In this document: positions 1-13,603 of the stretch, piece after piece | How positions within the stretch are numbered: position 1 is the first letter of the stretch | How the letters are laid out: each line of letters begins with the position of its first letter | NCBI RefSeq assembly: GCF_054482595.1 | Contig: NZ_CM137008.1 | Direction: 5' to 3' (one strand) | DNA: 64,000 nt | Translations under genes and position numbers: made by a program | The notes under the pieces: generated by a model | What the model was told of the DNA's origin: nothing | The model's database searches: none | Seen by the model: only the letters and a program-made list of their open reading frames with translations

Positions 1-825
1 ATATTCTCCCGGGGTACAACCAAACTCGCGAACAAACGCCTTGTGAAAAGATGATTCACTGGCATAGCCTACTGACTCAGCGATCACCACAACAGGGAGC
101 ATTTCCCGGGAAAACATCTGGGCCGCTATTTGTAGACGCAACTTTGTTAATACAGCCAGCGGCGTGGTTCCGGAAACATCACGGAAAAGCTGGGCAAAAT
201 TTGCCCGGGACATGTGGGCGATGCTGGCCAGCGATTCGACGGTCCAGGCGTGTCCTGGCATTTCCAGCATTTGCTGTATTACCGCACCAAGACGTGGATG
301 CAGAAGCAAACTGAGAATGTTTTTCTCAGTATTAACCTGTGCAATCCACTCACGCACCGCGAGGGTAAAGAATGTAGCGCAGATCTGGCTACACAGAGCA
401 TCCATTCCCGGCATTGCCGATCTGGATTCCTGTTGTAAAAACGGGATCGCCTCCCTCAGCCAGTTATATTCCACGCTGTGGTTAACCGGTGCTAAAAACA
501 GCGTTTCCGGCAAAGACGTTAAAAAATAACGCGCCGAATGTTGCAACCGAAGAGTGCCGCAGACAATACAGGTCGATTCATTATCGACATGACTCAGGCG
601 ATGAGCTGAATTTTGTGGTAGCAGGACCACATTTCCCGGGCGTAATGTAAAAATCTCTCCCGTCGGCATTTCCAGCTTCGCCGCTCCTTGCGTTAACGCA
701 TGCCAACGAATAACCGATAATTCCCCGGCACCATGTGGAAGCTGCCAGTCACTTCCTAACACGCAATTCTTATCGATCGTTCCTTGTGGAGCGTTAAGCA
801 TCAACAAACGGCTAAGGGCATCCAT
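1..825 (-). CDS. rclR: AraC-family regulator RclR, 3' end beyond window start
   Basis: Minus-strand frame starts at 825 (MDALSRLLMLNAPQGTIDK) and runs off the window with an AraC C-terminal motif (FHKAFVREFGCTPGEY) at 1-60; divergent from rclA. Not in ORF track because no in-window stop. Confidence 0.8.
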   Translation of the reverse strand, partial: MDALSRLLMLNAPQGTIDKNCVLGSDWQLPHGAGELSVIRWHALTQGAAKLEMPTGEIFTLRPGNVVLLPQNSAHRLSHVDNESTCIVCGTLRLQHSARYFLTSLPETLFLAPVNHSVEYNWLREAIPFLQQESRSAMPGMDALCSQICATFFTLAVREWIAQVNTEKNILSLLLHPRLGAVIQQMLEMPGHAWTVESLASIAHMSRANFAQLFRDVSGTTPLAVLTKLRLQIAAQMFSREMLPVVVIAESVGYASESSFHKAFVREFGCTPGEY

Positions 826-1050
826 ATCAGACTCCTGAGTGGTTTTTGATTAGAAGCACCAACAATCTTAGTAAATAACTAATCTAATACCATCAAATAG
901 TTAATCATGATTTTTGTTTTGTGATTCTGATTAAGAAAAAGAAAATACCAGACGATAAGACAAAATATCAAGCGTTGTGAAGAAATGTTATTTGCTCTTT
1001 TGCGTCTATAGTCATGATGTCAAATGAACACGTTTCGACAGGAAATCATC

Positions 1051-2376
1051 ATGAATAAATATCAGGCAGTGATTATTGGTTTTGGCAAGGCTGGAAAAAC
1101 ATTAGCCGTCACGCTGGCAAAAGCAGGTTGGCGAGTGGCTCTCATCGAACAATCAAATGCAATGTATGGCGGGACCTGTATTAATATCGGCTGCATCCCA
1201 ACCAAAACATTGGTTCATGACGCACAGCAGCACACAGATTTTGTCCGTGCCATACAGCGTAAAAATGAAGTGGTTAATTTTTTACGTAATAAGAATTTTC
1301 ATAATCTTGCAGATATGCCCAATATCGACGTGATCAACGGCCAGGCGGAGTTTATCAATAATCATAGCCTGCGTGTTCATCGGCCTGAGGGAAATCTGGA
1401 GATTCATGGCGAGAAAATTTTTATTAATACTGGTGCACAAACCGTGGTTCCGCCAATTCCTGGAATTACCACCACGCCTGGTGTATATGACAGCACCGGA
1501 TTACTTAATCTAAAAGAATTGCCTGGGCATTTAGGTATTTTGGGCGGCGGATATATTGGCGTTGAGTTCGCCTCTATGTTCGCTAATTTTGGCAGCAAGG
1601 TAACCATTTTAGAAGCAGCTTCGCTGTTTTTGCCTCGGGAAGAACGGGATATTGCTGATAATATCGCGATGATTTTACGCGATCAGGGCGTCGATATTAT
1701 CCTCAATGCCCATGTGGAGCGAATCAGTCACCATGAAAATCAAGTGCAAGTGCATAGCGAGCACGCCCAACTGGCGGTGGATGCACTGTTAATAGCTTCC
1801 GGTCGTCAACCGGCTACCGCTTCGTTACATCCAGAAAATGCCGGTATCGCAGTAAACGAGCGCGGGGCAATTGTCGTTGACAAGCGATTACATACCACCG
1901 CAGACAATATTTGGGCGATGGGAGATGTTACCGGCGGGCTGCAATTTACTTACATATCACTGGATGATTACCGCATTGTACGTGATGAGTTACTGGGTGA
2001 AGGCAAACGTAGTACTGATGATCGGAAAAATGTGCCTTATTCCGTATTTATGACACCGCCCCTGTCCAGGGTTGGTATGACAGAAGAACAAGCCAGAGAG
2101 AGTGGTGCTGATATTCAGGTGGTGACATTGCCTGTAGCTGCAATTCCGCGCGCCAGAGTGATGAACGATACCCGTGGGGTATTAAAAGCGATTGTTGATA
2201 ATAAAACCCAACGTATATTAGGGGCATCACTGCTGTGTGTTGACTCCCACGAGATGATTAATATAGTGAAAATGGTGATGGATGCCGGGCTGCCTTATAG
2301 CATATTACGCGATCAGATATTTACTCATCCGTCGATGAGCGAATCACTCAATGATCTATTTTCATTAGTCAAATAA
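1051..2376 (+). CDS. rclA: Pyridine nucleotide-disulfide oxidoreductase RclA
   Basis: ORF 1024..2376; likely start at internal MNKYQAVIIGFGKAGK (FAD-binding GxGxxG), giving 441 aa; CIPTK redox-active Cys motif. Confidence 0.9.
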   Translation: MNKYQAVIIGFGKAGKTLAVTLAKAGWRVALIEQSNAMYGGTCINIGCIPTKTLVHDAQQHTDFVRAIQRKNEVVNFLRNKNFHNLADMPNIDVINGQAEFINNHSLRVHRPEGNLEIHGEKIFINTGAQTVVPPIPGITTTPGVYDSTGLLNLKELPGHLGILGGGYIGVEFASMFANFGSKVTILEAASLFLPREERDIADNIAMILRDQGVDIILNAHVERISHHENQVQVHSEHAQLAVDALLIASGRQPATASLHPENAGIAVNERGAIVVDKRLHTTADNIWAMGDVTGGLQFTYISLDDYRIVRDELLGEGKRSTDDRKNVPYSVFMTPPLSRVGMTEEQARESGADIQVVTLPVAAIPRARVMNDTRGVLKAIVDNKTQRILGASLLCVDSHEMINIVKMVMDAGLPYSILRDQIFTHPSMSESLNDLFSLVK

Positions 2377-2385
2377 ACTCAAAAT

Positions 2386-2420
2386 CAGACGCCAGAACAA
2401 ATATTCTGGCGTCTCAGAGA
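2386..2420 (+). terminator. Hairpin after rclA (possible attenuator within rclABC)
   Basis: Inverted repeat gacgccag...ctggcgtc directly after the rclA stop; no strong T-run. Confidence 0.35.
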
Positions 2421-2484
2421 AAAGAATCTTATTAATTCCCTGTTACTCTATAACTTCTTAATCACTTCATTGATGGTATTTTAT

Positions 2485-2721
2485 ATGTTTAAAAAATCCG
2501 TTTTATTTGCAACACTATTATCTGGCGTTATGGCATTTTCCACCAATGCAGATGATAAAATAATTCTGAAACATATCAGCGTCTCGTCAGTATCAGCATC
2601 ACCGACAGTTCTGGAGGATGCCATTGCTGATATAGCCAGAAAATATAATGCTTCATCCTGGAAAGTCACATCGATGCGAATTGATAATAATTCAACCGCA
2701 ACAGCAGTATTGTATAAATAA
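2485..2721 (+). CDS. rclB: Small periplasmic DUF1471 (BhsA/YdgH-like) protein RclB
   Basis: ORF 2470..2721; 78-aa product from MFKKSVLFATLLSGVMA signal peptide; position between rclA and rclC. Confidence 0.8.
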   Translation: MFKKSVLFATLLSGVMAFSTNADDKIILKHISVSSVSASPTVLEDAIADIARKYNASSWKVTSMRIDNNSTATAVLYK

Positions 2722-2732
2722 GGATGTTCACA

Positions 2733-3326
2733 ATGGAAAAATACCTGCACCTGTTAAGTCGGGGAGATAAAATTGGCCTGACATTGATTCGTCTGAGTAT
2801 TGCGATTGTTTTTATGTGGATTGGGTTATTAAAGTTTGTCCCTTACGAGGCAGACAGCATTACACCATTCGTCGCAAACAGTCCACTAATGTCGTTCTTT
2901 TATGAACACCCGGAAGACTATAAACAGTATCTGACTCACGAAGGCGAATACAAACCAGAAGCAAGGGCATGGCAATCGGCCAATAATACCTATGGTTTTT
3001 CCAACGGTCTTGGCGTCGTGGAGGTGATTATTGCTCTGCTGGTTTTGGCTAATCCTGTCAATCGCTGGTTAGGTTTATTGGGAGGGCTGATGGCATTTAC
3101 CACACCGTTGGTAACACTCTCATTTTTAATCACCACCCCGGAGGCATGGGTACCCGCATTGGGTGACGCTCATCATGGTTTCCCTTATTTATCCGGTGCT
3201 GGTCGCTTGGTATTGAAAGATACTCTGATGCTGGCAGGTGCTGTCATGATAATGGCAGATTCGGCGCGGGAAATTCTTAAACAACGCAGTAATGAATCCA
3301 GTTCAACGTTAAAAACTGAATATTGA
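2733..3326 (+). CDS. rclC: Inner-membrane DUF417 protein RclC
   Basis: ORF 2724..3326; hydrophobic helices throughout; third gene of rclABC. Confidence 0.8.
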   Translation: MEKYLHLLSRGDKIGLTLIRLSIAIVFMWIGLLKFVPYEADSITPFVANSPLMSFFYEHPEDYKQYLTHEGEYKPEARAWQSANNTYGFSNGLGVVEVIIALLVLANPVNRWLGLLGGLMAFTTPLVTLSFLITTPEAWVPALGDAHHGFPYLSGAGRLVLKDTLMLAGAVMIMADSAREILKQRSNESSSTLKTEY

Positions 3327-3357
3327 TAATCCGAACACTGTCTGTTGTTCACTTTTT

Positions 3358-3398
3358 CAGGCGTCAGGCCCCCTTTCTGATGATGAAGCCTGACGCCA
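3358..3398. terminator. Bidirectional hairpin terminator between rclC and the convergent reductase gene
   Basis: Inverted repeat ggcgtcaggc...gcctgacgcc. Confidence 0.5.
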
Positions 3399-3485
3399 TA
3401 TTACCGGAGATATGACAGAGTGAAGATCAATATCACTCCCCTGTTAAAAGATTCTTGTCGTCTCAGGTAAAATACATGATTAATA

Positions 3486-4370
3486 TCAATCATGTATTTT
3501 TACAGCAAGACAACCACGAACAAATTCAGGATTAAAATGTTTTACCGACTCCCCAACATAACCCAAATCAAGCGAACTAATTTGTGCCATTTCTTTCTCT
3601 GTCAGTGAGAAATCCCAGATAGCAAAATTTTCTTCGATACGCTGTTGATGTGTCGATTTCGGAATAACGACCACTCCCCGTTGAATATTCCAACGCAGAA
3701 TGACTTGAGAAATCGATTTTTGATGGGCATCTGCAATACTCTGAAGCAGATTATTTTCAAAGGGTTTATGTCGTCCACCACCTAACGGAGCCCATGCTTC
3801 AGGCTGCACGTTATAATACTTCATGGTTGCCAGCGCCTCTGGTTGGGCAAAATAGGGATGCAACTCGACCTGGTTGACCATCGGTTTAACTCTTACCGTT
3901 TCACAAAAGTTCGCCAGAACATGAGGATAGAAATTGGAAACCCCAATCGCTTTTAATTTGCCCTCTTCATAGGCATCTTCGAGTGCACGCCACGCACTGA
4001 AATAATCGCGCATAGCCTGATGCAATAAATAGAGGTCGAAGTATTCTAGTCCCGATTTTTTTAATGATGCTTCAATACCTGCTGCTGCCGTATCCTGATT
4101 CAACATATCCTGCACCCACAATTTAGACGTTAAAAATAACTCTTCTCGGGTACATAAACCTTCGGATATAGCTTCACGAACGGCTTCACCGACGGCATCT
4201 TCATTACCGTATACCGCTGCAGTGTCGATGAGTCGATACCCCGTGCGGATAGCGTTCAACACTGACTGTTTGCACACGTTTTTATCGGTAACCTGAAAAA
4301 CACCAAATCCCATCATCGGCATTTTCAGATTGTTACTTAATACGGAAAATTCCACTGTCAGTCCCTCCAT
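3486..4370 (-). CDS. Aldo-keto reductase (DkgA-like)
   Basis: 294-aa ORF; AKR N-terminus (MPMMGFGVFQV...[13 protein letters not shown]); paralog of the ORF at 10394..11245. Confidence 0.85.
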   Translation of the reverse strand: MEGLTVEFSVLSNNLKMPMMGFGVFQVTDKNVCKQSVLNAIRTGYRLIDTAAVYGNEDAVGEAVREAISEGLCTREELFLTSKLWVQDMLNQDTAAAGIEASLKKSGLEYFDLYLLHQAMRDYFSAWRALEDAYEEGKLKAIGVSNFYPHVLANFCETVRVKPMVNQVELHPYFAQPEALATMKYYNVQPEAWAPLGGGRHKPFENNLLQSIADAHQKSISQVILRWNIQRGVVVIPKSTHQQRIEENFAIWDFSLTEKEMAQISSLDLGYVGESVKHFNPEFVRGCLAVKIHD

Positions 4371-4569
4371 TAGGCATGAACAATGAGTCTACGTTAAAAC
4401 GTAACCTCAAATTAGTATGTGGATTTTGATATCACTTATGCAAAAAATTCATTAATAATGTAGGACTGAAACCTCTCTATTTTCGGGGCAACGAAGCAGA
4501 CGCTACCAGTGCTTTTGCCTTGGGCCTTGCTGTTTTTGATACACTTAGGGCCCAGGGCATAACGAAAAT

Positions 4570-5454
4570 GTGCGATATGACAAAGAATTAACGGAGAATG
4601 TGATGATCAGGCAGAAGATTCTACAGCAGCTCCTGGAGTGGATTGAGTGCAATCTTGAGCACCCTATTTCAATCGAAGATATCGCACAGAAATCTGGCTA
4701 CAGCAGACGCAACATCCAGCTTCTGTTCCGAAATTTCATGCATGTGCCTTTGGGAGAATACATTCGCAAACGAAGGCTTTGTCGTGCCGCCATTCTTGTC
4801 CGGCTCACCGCGAAATCTATGCTTGATATTGCACTCTCTTTGCATTTTGATTCACAGCAATCATTCAGCCGCGAATTTAAAAAGTTATTCGGCTGCTCTC
4901 CCCGTGTATACCGCCACCGTGATTATTGGGATCTCGTAAATATCTTCCCTTCTTTTTTAATACGTCAACAGCAAAAGACGGAGTGTAGATTAGTCAACTT
5001 TCCTGAGACACCTATTTTTGGCAATTCATTTAAATATGATATTGAAGTGTCGAATAAATCACCGGATGAAGAAGTCAAACTGCGACGTCATCATTTAGCC
5101 AGATGTATGAATAATTTTAAGACGGATATCTATTTCGTCTCCACGTTTGAACCGTCAACAAAATCGGTCGATTTGCTCACGGTTGAAACTTTTGCTGGTA
5201 CGGTATGTGAATATGCTGACATGCCAAAAGAGTGGACAACGACCCGAGGACTTTATGCCTCTTTCCGTTATGAAGGAAACTGGGAAAATTATCCTGACTG
5301 GGTGCGTAACATCTATCTGATAGAGTTGCCTGCCAGGGGGTTAGCCAGAGTGAACGGCAGCGATATTGAGCGCTTTTATTACAATGAAGATTTCGTAGAA
5401 AAGGATGGCAATGATGTTGTTTGCGAAATTTTTATTCCCGTTCGTCCGATTTAG
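4570..5454 (+). CDS. AraC-type HTH regulator with C-terminal GyrI-like effector domain
   Basis: 294-aa ORF divergent from the reductase; AraC HTH region (SIEDIAQKSGYSRRNIQLLFR...FKKLFGCSPRVYR). True start may be the internal Met at 4603. Confidence 0.75.
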   Translation: MRYDKELTENVMIRQKILQQLLEWIECNLEHPISIEDIAQKSGYSRRNIQLLFRNFMHVPLGEYIRKRRLCRAAILVRLTAKSMLDIALSLHFDSQQSFSREFKKLFGCSPRVYRHRDYWDLVNIFPSFLIRQQQKTECRLVNFPETPIFGNSFKYDIEVSNKSPDEEVKLRRHHLARCMNNFKTDIYFVSTFEPSTKSVDLLTVETFAGTVCEYADMPKEWTTTRGLYASFRYEGNWENYPDWVRNIYLIELPARGLARVNGSDIERFYYNEDFVEKDGNDVVCEIFIPVRPI

Positions 5455-5574
5455 CTGTCGCTATGTCTAAATGAATTTATAACGAGACTACTGTCAGGAA
5501 ATTCAATAAATAATGGCGTTGAAGATGTCAACGCCATTATTGTTTATTAGAATGTTACTTTCATACTCTTAATA

Positions 5575-8500
5575 TTATTTCATCGCCTCCTCGCCCGTTG
5601 CCGTATTGGCATCCACCGCGGTAATGGTCACCGTCACTGGCTTCATTTCGTACCCGCCATAGGTCAGGGCGTTAAATGTGAATGTATAGACACCAGGCTT
5701 GCTGGTACTAAATGTACGCGTGATTTTTCCGCTCACGAAATGGTCATTTTTCGACGGCAGGAACTGATAATCCTCCTCCGTCACCCCTTCCGGCGTCTGA
5801 ATGTCGACCCACATATTCCCGCCAACGGGGTTATTTGCCGACATCAGGGTCACCTCCAGCTTCGCAGTCGATTTCCCATCCGCCACCAGAGATTGCATAT
5901 CAGATGATGCGGTGAGCACCGCGTTTTTATCATCCGCGACGAATTTAGATTCGGCAGTTTTCGTTGATACCTGACCGTTGGTCTGACTCACTTGCGCCGT
6001 GAGTTTATATGTCGCCGCAACAGTAGTGGTGGCGGTGAAAATAGCCTGCCCTTGCTCATTCGTTGTCGCAGTGCCATTCGGTTCCAGGTTTAACGAAGCC
6101 GGGCTGGCAGTTAGCGTCACGTCGCTATCTTTCACCAAATTGTTATTGGCATCAGTCACCGTAACTTTATACGTTTGTTTGGCTTTGCCGTCCGCCAGCG
6201 CATAGTTGCCCATCACCTCAATACCGGAGACGGTTGCGGTAGCCTTATCGGCTACAAACGTTATAGTCTGCGTATCCGAAGGCTGGCTATTCCCTGCCGA
6301 TGCCGTGATCTCATACGTTCCGGCAGTCACTGAAACCACCTGCAACTCGGCTTTCCCCTCATCGTTGGCTTTCACCCAGACATTATCGCCTGTAAGCGGC
6401 TTGACACCCCGGGGCAGATTAAAGGTCACCAGGCTCCCTGGAACAGGGTTACCATTTTTATCCTCAACGGTCGCCGTCAGCGTAAAGGCATCTTTGCCGT
6501 TTGCCACTTTTTGAACGGCGGTGTCTACCTGCAGGTTTGCCTGACCGGTGCTGGCATCCGCGTTGAATTTCACCGTGACCGTCTTCTGAGCACCATTCAC
6601 CGAAGCGGAAATATTGTGTTCTCCCGCAACCGTTGACATCAGCTCAATGTCCACTTTCCCTGCCGCATTGGTTGTTACTGTATTCCCCGTCTTGCTGGTC
6701 ACACCCTGCGGTAAAGTCAGCGTAACTTCTTGCCCCTGCAACGGGTTACCATAGCTGTCCACGACGGTCAGGGTTATCTGGTTCGCAGACTGTCCATTAG
6801 CCAGTTGGTTATTAAACTTCACTGTCATATCACGAATCTCAGCCTTAGATGCGTCACCTGCAACATTCAGCACCAGTGGCTGAGCAACGGCATTTTGGCC
6901 GTTCACTCGCGGCATCACAGACAACTGACCCGCGGCAGATCCCAGCGTTAAGGTCGACACGTAGACCCCATTACCTTTCTCTGTCCAGTTTCCTGCTGAA
7001 GGACGCTCACTCCCCGTGCTGGCGGCACCGCTAAACACTGGTGCATCTGGCTTCAGCCCGGTGACCGGGTTCCCGTACGCATCCTTCACGGTGAAGGTGA
7101 GTTCCGTCGTCGTTTTGACGGTCGGAGCCTTATTGTCCGCAACAAGCGTAGAGTTCGCTGATGACATCTCCCCGGCGATGACCGTCAACTGCGCGGCTTC
7201 GGTGGCTGCTGGCTGGCCGTTGAAGAGCGGCATGACGCGAAGCTCGCCCGTCTTTCCGCCTGTAGTCAACGTAGCAACATAGGAACCGTCACCTTTTTCG
7301 GTCCAACTGGAAACGGTCGCCCCTTCAGAGGCGGTCCCCGTCAAACTTGCCGACAACGCAAGACCACTGATAGCGTTGCCATGCGCATCTTTCGCCACCA
7401 GCGTCACGGTTGTGCTTTCGCCGGCTTTTACGTGGTCTTCTGCGACAGAGACTTTCGACTGGTTTGAAGATAACGCATCAGCCACCACGGTTACTTTTGC
7501 CGCATTTGCTGCCGCATTCTGTCCATTTAGCTTCGGCATAACTTCTAATTCACCCGCCGTAGAGCCGAGAGTAATCTGCGCAGTCCACGTCCCATCACCA
7601 TTATTTGTCCAGCCCGATGCCGTAGAACCTTCAGCAGCGGCACCCGCTAATGACGGCGCTTCCGGCGTGAGGCTGGTCACAGGGTTGTCATAGGCATCTT
7701 TTACCGTCCAGATTGCCGTAACTGTACCCCCAACCACCGGTTTATCAGGATTCAGGGTGATGGACGAATGTGCTGCATCAAGCGGCCCGGCAACAAACTT
7801 CAGCGTTTGTTGTAATGTGCCCAGCTGATACTGCTCGCTGAAAGCACGCACAACAACGTTTCCGGCACGGGTCGAAGAAACCGTGGCGCTGTAAACGCCT
7901 GGTTTTATTTCCGAAATGGCACCAACGGTTACACCATTAGTGTCTTGCGGAACAAATCGCAAGCGGCTGGCTTCTCCCGTCACCGGATTACCCTCGGAGT
8001 CCACCGCAGTCAACGTCAACGTATAGGCTTGCTGACCATCAGCAACCACGTCACCTGACGGCTCGTTAGCGCTCAGGGTGGAGTTTGCCACATCCATCAT
8101 CGTGGCCCGCAGTTCTGCAGTGACGGTTTTGCTCATGCCATCAACGCTAACAGTAATCGTTGCCTCACCTGACTGCGTTCCGGTAGTAAAGACAGACTGA
8201 TACACCCCTGCTTCAGTTTCGGTGAACTCACCCAGTGTTGGCTTTGCCTGTGATTTAGTGGCCTTCAGGGAACGAGTCACAATATTTCCAGCCGGTTTGA
8301 AAGTTAGTTCAGTCTTGATCTGATCTTTCATGCCCGTGACTGGCTGGCCCTCGGCGTCGCGCAGAGACAGCACCAGCGGTTTTTGCTCATTACCGTTAGC
8401 AAGCATTTGAATACGGCTCTGACCGTCAAGCGTTAACGCCGTGCGATCGGCGCTCATACCTGCTCCGGTAATGACCACCTCTGTCTGCACGCGTTTTGAG

Positions 8501-9828
8501 GCATTGCCTTTGTTATCGTAGGCAACCGCAGAAATCGCATAATAATTGTTTTTACCTGGACGATAAGCCGGGAGCGTTACTTGCCACTGACTACCCTGAC
8601 CGGTAATTTTGCCACCTTCAGCCAGTAATGACGGCGCTTCCCACTGCACATTTTTCAGTCCGTGAGTTGCTTTGCTGACCACAAGCCCCAGGGAAAGTGT
8701 CTGACCGCCCTTACCTTCAATACGCTCAGGCAGAGCAATACGGATCACCTCAGATTTGCGGTACTCAAGAACGATGTTGTTATTACGCTCAACCAGGTCA
8801 TAGCGGCTGCCTGCCAGTACCCGACGCTCGCGAATGCTATCCGTATCGAGTTGTTTCGCCAAAGGTTCGCCAATTCGGTAGTTAACTTCCAGGCCAAAGC
8901 GAGTGTCATTCTCACCGCTCTTGCCCTGCTTATGCCCGGCGCTCAGTGTCAGAAGAGGCACTGGCGTATAGGTCACCTCGGCAGAAATCGCATGCGGGTC
9001 TTTCTGGCGCTTATCTTTACCAAACAGCCCGACTTCATCGCCATAATACTGTTCATACATCAGGCTTGCGCCAAGCTGCGGCCAGGCAGGTAAATAGCCC
9101 TCTGCGCGGATATCCCAACCATTCGCCGGGCGTTCCTGATAATCCTCAATATCCGGCGATTTTTTCCAGCCAGAAGCCCGAATATAACCATTGGCGCTCA
9201 GTTTCAAATAATCACGCCAGTATTCCGCACCAACACCAATGCGGGTATGACTACGGGATAAATCATGGTCGATAAAGGTGTTCACCCCCGCCATCCAGTC
9301 ATTTCCTGAAAAATGACGCCAGCCAAAACCAATATTTGACTGAGTACGATCGTCGGTACGATGTATTGCTCCCTGAGTGAACAACATATTTGTTGGCGTA
9401 TCATAAATCGGATAAAGCATTTCCAGCGAAGAATCCTTCAGCGAGAAATTTTTATCGACATTCAGTTTGACGCGCGCAGTACCGTATTTCCCGAGCCACT
9501 CCTGTATTTCCTGGTTAGCTTTAGCGGTGGCCATTCCGGTAATAAAGTTACGTGTCGCATCGCTATCTGGCTGACTGCTTAAAAATGTCCCGGCATTTGC
9601 GGCAAACGACGCGACATTTTTCTCCACGTTATTATCAGCAGTTACCGTAGTATTTCCCATGCTCAACCGTGGCTGAACCGCATGCTGCGCACGTGCCGCC
9701 ATTACTGGGGTAAAGGTGACAGCGAGTGGAAAAAGAACCTGAACAGAGATATTTGCCCACGCCACGCAGCGGGCCAGAACTGAATAACGAAATCGTGGTT
9801 GTTTATGACCTGTTTTATAACGTGACAT
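5575..9828 (-). CDS. fdeC: Intimin-like inverse-autotransporter adhesin, apparently intact
   Basis: Single 1417-aa ORF; N-terminal signal and beta-barrel region followed by many Ig-like (Big) repeats rich in T/V/G/A. Confidence 0.85.
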   Translation of the reverse strand: MSRYKTGHKQPRFRYSVLARCVAWANISVQVLFPLAVTFTPVMAARAQHAVQPRLSMGNTTVTADNNVEKNVASFAANAGTFLSSQPDSDATRNFITGMATAKANQEIQEWLGKYGTARVKLNVDKNFSLKDSSLEMLYPIYDTPTNMLFTQGAIHRTDDRTQSNIGFGWRHFSGNDWMAGVNTFIDHDLSRSHTRIGVGAEYWRDYLKLSANGYIRASGWKKSPDIEDYQERPANGWDIRAEGYLPAWPQLGASLMYEQYYGDEVGLFGKDKRQKDPHAISAEVTYTPVPLLTLSAGHKQGKSGENDTRFGLEVNYRIGEPLAKQLDTDSIRERRVLAGSRYDLVERNNNIVLEYRKSEVIRIALPERIEGKGGQTLSLGLVVSKATHGLKNVQWEAPSLLAEGGKITGQGSQWQVTLPAYRPGKNNYYAISAVAYDNKGNASKRVQTEVVITGAGMSADRTALTLDGQSRIQMLANGNEQKPLVLSLRDAEGQPVTGMKDQIKTELTFKPAGNIVTRSLKATKSQAKPTLGEFTETEAGVYQSVFTTGTQSGEATITVSVDGMSKTVTAELRATMMDVANSTLSANEPSGDVVADGQQAYTLTLTAVDSEGNPVTGEASRLRFVPQDTNGVTVGAISEIKPGVYSATVSSTRAGNVVVRAFSEQYQLGTLQQTLKFVAGPLDAAHSSITLNPDKPVVGGTVTAIWTVKDAYDNPVTSLTPEAPSLAGAAAEGSTASGWTNNGDGTWTAQITLGSTAGELEVMPKLNGQNAAANAAKVTVVADALSSNQSKVSVAEDHVKAGESTTVTLVAKDAHGNAISGLALSASLTGTASEGATVSSWTEKGDGSYVATLTTGGKTGELRVMPLFNGQPAATEAAQLTVIAGEMSSANSTLVADNKAPTVKTTTELTFTVKDAYGNPVTGLKPDAPVFSGAASTGSERPSAGNWTEKGNGVYVSTLTLGSAAGQLSVMPRVNGQNAVAQPLVLNVAGDASKAEIRDMTVKFNNQLANGQSANQITLTVVDSYGNPLQGQEVTLTLPQGVTSKTGNTVTTNAAGKVDIELMSTVAGEHNISASVNGAQKTVTVKFNADASTGQANLQVDTAVQKVANGKDAFTLTATVEDKNGNPVPGSLVTFNLPRGVKPLTGDNVWVKANDEGKAELQVVSVTAGTYEITASAGNSQPSDTQTITFVADKATATVSGIEVMGNYALADGKAKQTYKVTVTDANNNLVKDSDVTLTASPASLNLEPNGTATTNEQGQAIFTATTTVAATYKLTAQVSQTNGQVSTKTAESKFVADDKNAVLTASSDMQSLVADGKSTAKLEVTLMSANNPVGGNMWVDIQTPEGVTEEDYQFLPSKNDHFVSGKITRTFSTSKPGVYTFTFNALTYGGYEMKPVTVTITAVDANTATGEEAMK

Positions 9829-10378
9829 TGAGATAATTTCCTGATGAACGAATTAACGAACATAGGCAGACACAAATAATGGCGTCTGCTTGTCAGAAAA
9901 ACCGGGGATTTCCCGGTTTCCTTTTCCGCAGAAAAGGAAATACCTTTATGTAAGAAAGTACACCGCCACCTAATATATCCAGTGCCTGTAGCCACTCATC
10001 AGGTGGTTGGGCGCGGGATTATATTTTTATTTATGGGTGAAAATTTAGCTTTTTGTGCAAGTCATTAAATAGATACTTAAGTTATATTTCTTACTCTGTG
10101 GACAGTGAATAATTCATTATTCAGAGTGAATAATAATGACCTACCTTTAATTAGCAACTATTGGAAATACGTCGAAGTAGGTATATACGCCAGGATAAAC
10201 CGATATATTTTTTATGGATATTCATTTTCCTTTATCGGACTGTAAATTGCGGAGATATCGAACTTGCACTACCCATCGCAACACTCAAACAGATTTATGA
10301 ATTTTGTTCATAACCCCTGACAAATCCTGCCGTCTAATCGAGCTTTTCCCTTTACGTTATGCTTCTCATGAACGATAA

Positions 10379-13246
<2,868 letters not shown>

Positions 13247-13603
13247 CTATTATTTTAGCCACATTATTAGTAACAATGATAATCTGGCTGTATCGAAAAT
13301 AATTCTAAACTTTCAGGAGATTTATTATGAATAAACGTATCCTCACGATTGTGCCATTCTTCTTACCGATATTCTGACACATATCATCAATTTTCGAGTT
13401 TTACTCTTTTCTCCACCATAAAATCAATAAAAGCACGAACTTTAGAGGGCATTCTCATCCGTGATGAAACATAAATATAAAATCCAGGAAATGAAACAGC
13501 CCAATCCTCAAGAATCGGCTGTAACTTGCCCGCATTGATATGTTCAGCGATTGCAAAATCCAGATGTTGAATGATACCCGTTCCATTCAGCGTGGATTTG
13601 CCC

